Below are positions 34,493 through 45,316 of a stretch of DNA of 64,000 nucleotides, piece by piece. The notes beneath the pieces were generated by a model. The model ran no database searches and had not been told where the DNA came from. It was given only the letters and a program-made list of their open reading frames with translations. The stretch spans positions 75,300 through 139,299 of the forward strand of contig JAXEIN010000013.1 in NCBI GenBank assembly GCA_034102025.1, in the 5' to 3' direction. The stretch is from Tidjanibacter sp. (GTDB lineage: Bacteria > Bacteroidota > Bacteroidia > Bacteroidales > Rikenellaceae). Position 1 is the stretch's first letter. Every line of letters begins with the position of its first letter. A program made the position numbers and the translations under genes.

Positions 34493-37054
34493 TTACTCCG
34501 TCGTCAGCGTTAGCCGGTTACAGATATGGAAAGCGGCCTGATTGATCTTGTTTTTCAGCAGTATAGGGTAGTCGCGGTGGTCGTCGAAAAACAACTCTAT
34601 CTGATGGTAGGCTTCGCGAGAGTAGTGGCCTGCAAGCAGCGAACCGACCCAGTCGCGAGGAAAAAAGATGTCGCCCGTAAGTTGCACCTCCTGCAACACC
34701 TCCAACCCCGGACGGATATACTTTACGGCTCGTTGCGCCCTCAGAGGGTGGTTAAGGTAGTAGAGAGCCGACGATGCCCACGGTTCGATACGACGATTCT
34801 CGGGTTGTAGAAGCTCCTCAAAGAGGGCATCAAGTCGGGTGGTGTCGGCAACTGTTGCTCGTGAGATATAGTCAAATTGGCGCAGACGGTCGGGATTTGT
34901 GATGCGTGCGCGTTGCCGTTGCAGAATAGTGGCCGCCTCCGAGGGTCGGCGCACCGCAAGTTCATAGGCCATTTTGGTGTAGTCGTTCTCGTTAAGCTGT
35001 CGGCCAGACTGCTGCGACCATATTGAATACAGGCGTTTTACCGTCCGAGGGCACACCCCGTTCCCTATCAGCAGGCGAAGGGTTTGCAGGCGGCACGATG
35101 TCAACGGGTGTTGCGAAATAATCTCAAAGAGTCGATTTTCAAGTTCAGATAATTGAGCGGCCGAAAGGTAGGGCATCACTGTTCCGACGTAGCCGACCAA
35201 AGTTGAGGCAATCAACGGATTGGACTCACTTTTCAACCCGTCGAGCAGAGCCGCCGCCCAGCGGTCGTGGGCAATGTTGCCGGCCAAATAGTTTTCATAG
35301 AGTTGCATCACAACCGCCTGCCGCATAAGCGGGTCGGCGAGTGTGGCGGCTGCGTTCAACATTGCGTTGCGTTGGATTGAGTCGGTAAGAAACAATCCGT
35401 AGCCCTGTCCGTCGCAATTTGGTATGACTCTTTCGACCTTAAACGGAAGCGCAACAGAGTGGCGCGGCCGGCTCAACGCTATTTGCAGACAGGTATCGAC
35501 ACCCTCGCCATAGAGTGCCACGCCGACGGTTTGAGGCCAACAAAGTCCCCTGTTGTAGCGGTCGGTCTGTGAAATCAGAAGCGAGTCGCCCTCAATGGCG
35601 ACCTCTATGGTGGGCATTCCCTTCTCGTTGACCCACACACGGCTGAAACCACGCACGTCGGCATCGCTGTTGGCGGCAAAAATGTCGACCAAATTCTCCC
35701 ACGTAGCGTTGCCGTAGGCGTATTTTCGCAGGTAGCTCCCGATGCTTCGGCGGAATGCCTCTTCGCCCATCAGTTCCACCAACTTGTTCATCATTATGGG
35801 GGCTTTGTTGTAGATGATGTTGCCATATATGAGCCCTGCACTGCTCAGGTTGTCCAACGGCTGGCGAATGGCGGTGGTACCTTGGGTGCGGTCTTCGCTC
35901 AATGCCGAGGCAGTGTAGGTTTTAAGTCCGTTGAGTTTGTGGTTAATCGACGGGAACAGCGGCTCGACCATACGTGCGGCAAAATAGTTGGCAAAGACCT
36001 CTTTTGTCCATACATCGTTGAACCAATCCATTGTCACAAGGTCGCCAAACCACATATGAGCCGTTTCGTGGGCAATGAGCGAGGCACGTCTCAACTCCTC
36101 GTCGGGGGTCGGGCACTCGCCCAAAAAGAGCTGAGTATCGTTATAGAGCGTAGCCCCCGTATGCTCCATACCTCCGTACTGAAATCCGGGCAGGATAATG
36201 AAATCGTACTTGGCAAAAGGGTACTTGATTTCGGTATAGCGTTCGAGCCAATCGAGCGACGAGGCCACCTGATTGAAGATTATGGGCAGCTGAGAGAGTT
36301 TCTTGGGGTCGGTCTCGCGATAGTAGACCGCAAAGGTGCGTTCGGCGGCACGGAAGGTCTGCTTCTCGAAACGGCCCGCCACAAACGAAAAGAGGTAGGT
36401 GCTGAGTGGCTCGGTCTGTCCAAAAACTATCTGTTTGCGGTCGGCCATAAGCTGCTCCTCTTGGGTAACAACCGTATTTGAGATTGCGCACCACCCTGCC
36501 GGCACTTCAAGTTTCAAACGGAAGAGTGCTTTCAGGTTTGGCTGCTCGAAACAGGGGAAGAGCGTTCGTGCACGGTCGGGTACAAGCAGCGTGTAGAGGT
36601 AATCGTCGTTACGGTTGAGCGACTGGTCACCTGCCGTAAAACAGATAGAAATGAGGTTTTCGCCTCGGGTTTTCAGATGTTTTACGGGCACAACAATATG
36701 CTGATTGACAAATTGGTAGTCACTCTCCGAACCATTGACGCGCAAAGAGTGAATTTTCTCCTGTTGCTCTCGGAAATCGAGAACGACCTCTTCACGTTTG
36801 TCGAGTTCGAACCTTATCTCTATTGTAGCCTCGACGGGCAACTCTTTCTCCGAGGGGAGCGCAAACGACAGGTCGTATTGCAGGTTTTTGATGCTCTCTT
36901 TGCGGTGGTTGGCAAGCGTGAGCGAAACGCCCTGCTCACAGAGTTGTTCGGTCGACACATTGGATTCAGCGCCACAACTGCACAACAGCAGGGCAATCAA
37001 AAGCAACTGTCCTACCCTTCCGTACACTCTTCTACAATTCATAACGGTTTCCAT
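34493..37054 (-). CDS. pepN: M1-family zinc aminopeptidase (aminopeptidase N-like)
   Basis: 853 aa. It has the HEXXH-X18-E motif HETAHMWFGDLVTMDWFNDVWTKE and the exopeptidase motif present as GGMEH. N-terminal lipobox-like LLLCSC. Confidence 0.85.
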   Translation of the reverse strand: METVMNCRRVYGRVGQLLLIALLLCSCGAESNVSTEQLCEQGVSLTLANHRKESIKNLQYDLSFALPSEKELPVEATIEIRFELDKREEVVLDFREQQEKIHSLRVNGSESDYQFVNQHIVVPVKHLKTRGENLISICFTAGDQSLNRNDDYLYTLLVPDRARTLFPCFEQPNLKALFRLKLEVPAGWCAISNTVVTQEEQLMADRKQIVFGQTEPLSTYLFSFVAGRFEKQTFRAAERTFAVYYRETDPKKLSQLPIIFNQVASSLDWLERYTEIKYPFAKYDFIILPGFQYGGMEHTGATLYNDTQLFLGECPTPDEELRRASLIAHETAHMWFGDLVTMDWFNDVWTKEVFANYFAARMVEPLFPSINHKLNGLKTYTASALSEDRTQGTTAIRQPLDNLSSAGLIYGNIIYNKAPIMMNKLVELMGEEAFRRSIGSYLRKYAYGNATWENLVDIFAANSDADVRGFSRVWVNEKGMPTIEVAIEGDSLLISQTDRYNRGLCWPQTVGVALYGEGVDTCLQIALSRPRHSVALPFKVERVIPNCDGQGYGLFLTDSIQRNAMLNAAATLADPLMRQAVVMQLYENYLAGNIAHDRWAAALLDGLKSESNPLIASTLVGYVGTVMPYLSAAQLSELENRLFEIISQHPLTSCRLQTLRLLIGNGVCPRTVKRLYSIWSQQSGRQLNENDYTKMAYELAVRRPSEAATILQRQRARITNPDRLRQFDYISRATVADTTRLDALFEELLQPENRRIEPWASSALYYLNHPLRAQRAVKYIRPGLEVLQEVQLTGDIFFPRDWVGSLLAGHYSREAYHQIELFFDDHRDYPILLKNKINQAAFHICNRLTLTTE

Positions 37055-37127
37055 TTATTATATATAAGGTTTTGCTGACTTTATCGCAAGTCCGGCACGC
37101 CAATATCGGCTTTCAAGGGGTCGAAGG

Positions 37128-38543
37128 TTACAAATTACGCAATGGGAGGTGGGCAGCACGAACCTTGAAGAAGTTGGTCTTTTCGTCGCCCGTATAGACT
37201 CGGTAGTCGGGACGCGAGCCCCACGAAGCAGGGTGATCGTAGATGGTGCAATCCTCGCCCGTGTCGTTCGGGACATATTTTTCTATCATATTGTGCCACT
37301 TGGCAATACGTGCCGAGCTGCGCACATAGGCAAAATAGTCGTTGCGCAAATCGGCCAATTCGTAGAGGTAGTCGACATACTGTTGCCGCCACAGGGAATT
37401 TTTGAGAATCTTGCGAAACAGCGGTCGCGAAGAGTTGCCCCACGAGAGCATATCGCCCGTAGCACCGTCGGGAAAACCGTATTGGCAGGTTCCGAGGGTG
37501 TTGTCCAAATCGTAAGGTATCATAAAGAAACGCCCCTGCGAGTTGAAATAGATGTAATAGTTGTTGCCATTGCCCCAATAGTCGTCCCAATGGCCGATTG
37601 TGGTGGTCACGGCAAGGGTGCGCAGAAGCAGGTCGATGTCGGCAACGGAGGCAATCCACTCGTCGAACGCCGTGCCCTCTTTTTTGGTTACATTAATTAT
37701 GAAATCGCCCAACTGCTTGCGTGCGTTCTCAAACTCCTCCTCGTTGGTTTTCAGTTCATAGTTAGGGTGCGACGACGATCCGTCAGTGTTTTCGAGTTGC
37801 ATCAACGAGTACGACGGATTGGCGAGCGAGGCGTCGCAATAGCACTTCCACAGCTGTCCGCCCGAGTCGCCGAATAGTTTTGCACGAGCACGCAGGTAGT
37901 TTTTGTCGATCGTTTCGTACATACCGTAGATGCCGTAATAGGCGTCGGAGCTATCCTCCCTGACGCGCAACGTCAGTCTGCAATAAGCGCTGTTGACTGC
38001 CGTCCAAACTCCAAAACGGCGGTAGAGGTCGTAACCGTAGATTTCGCGCACATAGGTTGGGTCCTCGTGGAACCATTTGAGCGCAATTTTTTCGACACCG
38101 CCCAACGATTGTTCGTCGATGTATTCCGCGACGTTAATCTGGAAATGGGCGTGGTTCCAATCGGTCTGATGACCGTTGTGTCGCTTGCCCGAACTGCTCT
38201 CGGGTCGGCGTCGCGAGGTGTTGCCTCGCAGACGCAAACCTGAGCGTGGCGCAGAGTATGTCTTACTGCCAAATGTCGCCTTAATATCGCACTCGATGTA
38301 CTCTTCGGTGAAACAATTCTGATCGAAAGCATCGAGCAGACGGTTCCACTCATCGGTAGAGGTCTCTACCCTGATGTCGGCCACGCGCTCCATATCGAAC
38401 ACCTCGTAGAGTGCCGTGTTTGTCAGGCGCCGCTCCTGGTCGTCGTCGTTTCCAAAGAAATCGGTGCAACCGGTCAGCAGCAACAGAGCCAAAGCAGCGG
38501 CATAGTATCTTATATTCTCTTTCACGACGACAAAAATAATCAA
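37128..38543 (-). CDS. CotH-family (spore-coat-protein-H-like atypical kinase fold) lipoprotein
   Basis: CotH-like blocks include ALKWFHEDPTYVREIYGYDLYRRFG, YYGIYGMYETIDKNYL and IGHWDDYWGNGNNYYIYF...MIPYDLDNTLG. The track start at 38543 is TTG, and an in-frame GTG at 38525 gives (M)KENIRYYAAALALLLLTGC. There is no ATG before the signal peptide. Confidence 0.7.
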   Translation of the reverse strand: MIIFVVVKENIRYYAAALALLLLTGCTDFFGNDDDQERRLTNTALYEVFDMERVADIRVETSTDEWNRLLDAFDQNCFTEEYIECDIKATFGSKTYSAPRSGLRLRGNTSRRRPESSSGKRHNGHQTDWNHAHFQINVAEYIDEQSLGGVEKIALKWFHEDPTYVREIYGYDLYRRFGVWTAVNSAYCRLTLRVREDSSDAYYGIYGMYETIDKNYLRARAKLFGDSGGQLWKCYCDASLANPSYSLMQLENTDGSSSHPNYELKTNEEEFENARKQLGDFIINVTKKEGTAFDEWIASVADIDLLLRTLAVTTTIGHWDDYWGNGNNYYIYFNSQGRFFMIPYDLDNTLGTCQYGFPDGATGDMLSWGNSSRPLFRKILKNSLWRQQYVDYLYELADLRNDYFAYVRSSARIAKWHNMIEKYVPNDTGEDCTIYDHPASWGSRPDYRVYTGDEKTNFFKVRAAHLPLRNL

Positions 38544-38629
38544 AAAAACGGTTACGGTAAGCAGTGATTACCAATATCGTCAGGCAAAATAAGTCGACTA
38601 CAACAATTCCGCCTTATGGCAACTCTGTC

Positions 38630-41216
<2,587 letters not shown>

Positions 41217-41220
<4 letters not shown>

Positions 41221-42626
41221 CTCTTGACGGTTGCTCCATTTTTGAGCGAAGCGCATTCGGCCTGATAACGCTGCTTTCCGATGGGAGTGATGCGCAATAT
41301 TCTGCAACTATGCGGTTGCAACACCGTTTTATAGCCATCGCACATTGAACCCAAGTCGGTGTGCGACCACATATCTCTGACGTTTTGCACCTTGCCGCCC
41401 TCGATGCCGAGCTCTTCGAAGAACGAAATCGAATAATTCAACGGTTCCTCCTCGCGATTGAACAGCCCCACCACGTAGTCGCCGTCGGGCAACTGCCCCA
41501 CCCAGCGCGAACTGTTTATATCATTAATGTCGTTCGACAATGGTTTGGCCACAAATCCTGCGCGGTTCAAATCGATCAGCTCGGTATTGCGATAGACCTC
41601 AACGGCATCGTCGGTAATGGTGTCGTACTGGTCGGCAATGGCCAGCGCCGAGCCTCCCATAACCATCAGCGAGAAGAGGAACTTTCGTTCGTCGGTCGAA
41701 GCCAAGCGGTTGAGGCGCATAAAGTCGCCGTCCATAATCATCTGCCCTTTGGCGGCGATGTCGGAGAATGCGACCATACCGTCGAAGACGTTGCCGTATT
41801 GAGGCCAGCGGTTTTTGTGCTCTCCGCGTCGGCGCGAACTGACAAAATCCCACTCACCCTTGAAACAGTCGTCGTCGATACGAATCATATCGCCGTAAGG
41901 CAGCTCGGTCTTTGCGTGGTTGTGGCAGTTGGGCATCACAAGGCTCAAAAACAACTCGTCGCCTGCCTCCTCCATTATCCAACGCAGAGCTTTTTCGTAA
42001 CGCTCGGTTCCATAATTATTTTCGTAGTTTTCCAGAAAATCGATGCGCAGATAGGTTGCCCCCAAGTCGATAAAATAACGTACATAGCCCTTGACCCACT
42101 CTTCGGCACCCTCTTTATCGACGTCGACCCAGCGCAGCTCGCTGTTGAACGAGTGGTAGCCGACAATCTCTCGTGTGGTTTTGTTGGTACCTTTGACGGT
42201 GCAATTTTCGCTAAATGCCTTCTTGGTGAGCCAAAGAGGATTGTAGTATATGCCCACATTCATTCCCTGCTCGGCAATATATTTGTTCCAATATTCGAAA
42301 CCTTTTGCCCAGCCACTGTTATACTTTGTAATGTATCCGTCGGCATTGATTGTCTGAGCCGCCTCTATCCAACCGTCGTTGCATATCATATCGTAACCGC
42401 AGGAGCTGAAATTCTCGGCAATCCAGTCGATGTTTGCCTTCCAACGGCTCTCCGTAATCGGACGGTTGCTGTCGAAACAGTACTCATAGGCAATCCAATA
42501 CATCGGGCCTGTCCCCTTGCGGGTGTACTTGCTGTCGCGAGCACCCAAAGAGGTGGGTGCAAGCGACAGTAAAGCAATCAGTGTTACTCCGGCGAGAGTG
42601 TTGCGTTTTATTCCTCTCCCAGCCAT
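41217..42626 (-). CDS. GH27-like clan GH-D glycoside hydrolase (alpha-galactosidase-like)
   Basis: The track ORF runs to 42722. I prefer ATG 42626 (MAGRGIKRNTLAGVTLIALLSLAPTSLGA). Motifs are GYDMICNDGWIE, MNVGIYYNPLW, GATYLRIDFLENY and GDMIRIDDDCF. Confidence 0.6.
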
Positions 42627-43480
42627 TTCGCATCCATAGTCATAGCGGTGATGTCGAGAGTGAGCGAGTAGCGACCCGTGTCGGCTATTGCCCATTTTTC
42701 GTCGGGATCGCCTGCGTGGCATTGAACACCCTTGTCGGCGATGCCGTCCTTACCGATAACTGTTGCGTCGATAGCAGGGCGATAGAAGTCGCCGTCCCAG
42801 CTGAACACGGTTGCAATCTTCATTGTACCGGCTTTGAGAATGCCTTCATAGGTGTAGACGTTGCCGTTGCGAACCATCGGGGTGGGACTTGCAATTGCCC
42901 AACCGTTCAGATCGCCTACAAGGTAGAGCATACCCTCTTCCCATTCAAGAATTTCGGGCTCTTCAAGAGTCGAAAGTTTGGTGGCAGTCAGGGTCAATTC
43001 AACGGGATTGACAACGAGTTTGTAACGACCGCTCGTACCTTTTTCCATACCGAAGAAGTGGTCGCGCAGATTACCCACGCCGTCGCGCAGCTCCGAGGAG
43101 ATAGCAAGTTTATTGACACCCTCTTTTAGGTAGGCAAACGATTTACCCTCAACCATTGCGTCTAATGCAGGAACCACAAAATCGGCCTCATTCCAAGGTT
43201 TGTCGGCTGTAAGGCAGAATTTGATGAGTTTGTTCTCGGCCGAGAGAACCATATCGAGTTCGGCAACAAACTCGTCGGGATTCTCGGTAGCGGTCATTGC
43301 AAGTGGGGAGGTAGCGTCCCAATGCGAGTTACCCTCTGCGTCAATGGCATTTGCTCCGAGCATATAGACCATATCGTAATGGGTCTCGATGTCGATAGGT
43401 TTGTTTGTCTCTTCGGGTTTGCACGAGGTGAAGATTGCTGCTCCCATTGCAAGGAGAGCGATGATGTTTAGTTTTTTCAT
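42608..43480 (-). CDS. SusE/SusF-like outer-membrane lipoprotein (glycan-binding accessory)
   Basis: 290 aa with lipobox AIFTSC. It has LYLVGDLNGWAIA-type CBM-like motifs and sits directly after SusD. Confidence 0.65.
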   Translation of the reverse strand: MKKLNIIALLAMGAAIFTSCKPEETNKPIDIETHYDMVYMLGANAIDAEGNSHWDATSPLAMTATENPDEFVAELDMVLSAENKLIKFCLTADKPWNEADFVVPALDAMVEGKSFAYLKEGVNKLAISSELRDGVGNLRDHFFGMEKGTSGRYKLVVNPVELTLTATKLSTLEEPEILEWEEGMLYLVGDLNGWAIASPTPMVRNGNVYTYEGILKAGTMKIATVFSWDGDFYRPAIDATVIGKDGIADKGVQCHAGDPDEKWAIADTGRYSLTLDITAMTMDAKWLGEE

Positions 43481-43530
43481 AGTTTTTTTGTTTTTTGTTT
43501 AAGTATCTGTTAGTGTATAGTTGATTTGTG

Positions 43531-45303
43531 CTACTCATTGCCGGTGGCGGCGGTACTCTCGGCATAGCCCGGATTTTGCTTCAACTTGGGGTTGCTGTTG
43601 AGTACATCGCGGTGAATGGGATAGATTTCGGTGTGGGAGTCGGCATCGGGTTTTTTGTCCCACCAGGAGCCCTGCCAGAATTTGTCGAAACGAATGAGGT
43701 CGGTGCGGCGGCGTCCCTCGGAGATAAATTCGCGTCCCCATTCGTCGAGCATCTCGGCCATATCGAGGGTAACGGTTCCGTCGGGAACATAGGCATAGTC
43801 GATCCACTTATCGGCGGGGTAATTGCGCTTGCGCACCGAGTTAAGCAACTTGCCTGCACCCGAAGCATCGCCTGAACGAAGTTTGCACTCCGCCAAAGAG
43901 TAGACGATTTCGGCCAAACGAATCTCAACATAATCGGACTGCAACTGTCCCTCGTCGGAGTCGCCGTAGAGCGGATACTTCACATAGCGCCAACCCGAAT
44001 TGTGGTCGCCGTGAACCATATCCGACGGAGCGTTAGCCGGTAGTTTGGCATCGTCTGCGGGATCGCCGTCACCAAATTCGGCAACCGCATCGCGCAAATA
44101 GAGTTCGTAATCCTTTTCGGGGTGAGTGACATTGCCGCTTCCGTCGGCAAAGGGCAGGTGGCCGAAGAGCATCATACCCTCACGGCGGCTCTCGCCCAGA
44201 TTTTTGTAGAGTTTCAGACGATAGTCGGCCGGATACTTTTGGAATTTGGCAACAGGCCTTCCCAGTTGGGTTGTATAGGGTGTGCCGTTGGGGGCAAGAC
44301 TTGGCGCAAGGCCGTATTTGCAGTTGTGGTCGCCGATGCTGTTGGCCTTCCAGTCGTCGAGAAAGCTCGAAATGGTACGTGCCGGAACCGTCCACCAAAA
44401 CAGATCGCCCGAATAGACATAGTGGCTGTGGCCTTTGGCCGACGGGAAGGCAAAGATGACCTCTGCACAGTTCTCGTTGTTCCAGTCGAAGACCTCGTCC
44501 CACCTCTGCCCGAGCGAGTATGTGCCGTAATCGCCTTTGAGAATATTCTCGGCATAGGTTGCGGCATCGGTATAGCGCTGTTCGCCAATCCACTTTTCGG
44601 CTCCCATATAGAGGCGCACCAACAGCGCGGCAGCACCGGCTTTGGTCCATTGGCCCTGATTGACACCATTGCCTGCGGCGCCCACTTTTGCGGGTAGCGC
44701 GGCGACACCGGCTTTGAGTTCGTTCTCAATAAATTCAAAACTCTTTTTTGGAGTGACCTGTTCGAGCGAAATGGAGGCAACATCGCTGCTTGTAATGAGC
44801 GGAATATTGCGGAACGAGCCCAAAAGTCGAAGGTAGAACCACGCACGCATAGTTGTCACCTGCGAAACCATAGCTTCGAACTCCTCGGCGGTATAGCCAA
44901 GTTTGGCGGGGTCGAGCCTGCCGAGGTCGGCAATGACGGCATTGCACTGCATAACGCCCTGAAAGCAACCCTCCCATTCGTTTTTAACAAGTTCGTCATC
45001 GGTCGGATTGAGGGTATGGTAGTGCGGACGGCTCCACTTGCCACCATCTTCCCACCACGTGTCTTTTTTCCAAACGGCAACAAGGTCGCCGGTCAACTCT
45101 TCAAGTTGCTGACGCGACATAACGCTCCAATAGGCGTGTTCGAAGGGACGGAACACGGCACGCACTACGTCCATCTTGGTATTGTAGTAGTTGTCGCTCG
45201 AAAGTTGATCGTAGACGGTTTCGTCGAGATTTGTGCACCCCGAAACAGTGAAAATCGCCACTGCCGCCATTAATAATTTATATCCTTTCATCTTATTGTT
45301 CAT
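43531..45303 (-). CDS. SusD/RagB-family lipoprotein
   Basis: 590 aa with lipobox FTVSGC. Blocks are MRAWFYLRLLGSFRNIPL and IRLAEIVYSLAECKLR. Confidence 0.9.
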   Translation of the reverse strand: MNNKMKGYKLLMAAVAIFTVSGCTNLDETVYDQLSSDNYYNTKMDVVRAVFRPFEHAYWSVMSRQQLEELTGDLVAVWKKDTWWEDGGKWSRPHYHTLNPTDDELVKNEWEGCFQGVMQCNAVIADLGRLDPAKLGYTAEEFEAMVSQVTTMRAWFYLRLLGSFRNIPLITSSDVASISLEQVTPKKSFEFIENELKAGVAALPAKVGAAGNGVNQGQWTKAGAAALLVRLYMGAEKWIGEQRYTDAATYAENILKGDYGTYSLGQRWDEVFDWNNENCAEVIFAFPSAKGHSHYVYSGDLFWWTVPARTISSFLDDWKANSIGDHNCKYGLAPSLAPNGTPYTTQLGRPVAKFQKYPADYRLKLYKNLGESRREGMMLFGHLPFADGSGNVTHPEKDYELYLRDAVAEFGDGDPADDAKLPANAPSDMVHGDHNSGWRYVKYPLYGDSDEGQLQSDYVEIRLAEIVYSLAECKLRSGDASGAGKLLNSVRKRNYPADKWIDYAYVPDGTVTLDMAEMLDEWGREFISEGRRRTDLIRFDKFWQGSWWDKKPDADSHTEIYPIHRDVLNSNPKLKQNPGYAESTAATGNE

Positions 45304-45316
45304 TATTTTTAATCGG

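Noticed and set aside
41361-42572. 403-aa plus-strand ORF, and likewise 60338..61234 (298 aa, minus), 39287..40114, 19182..20621 and 16589..17302
   Set aside because: All lie antisense inside genes with strong family motifs. Their composition is typical of shadow ORFs.
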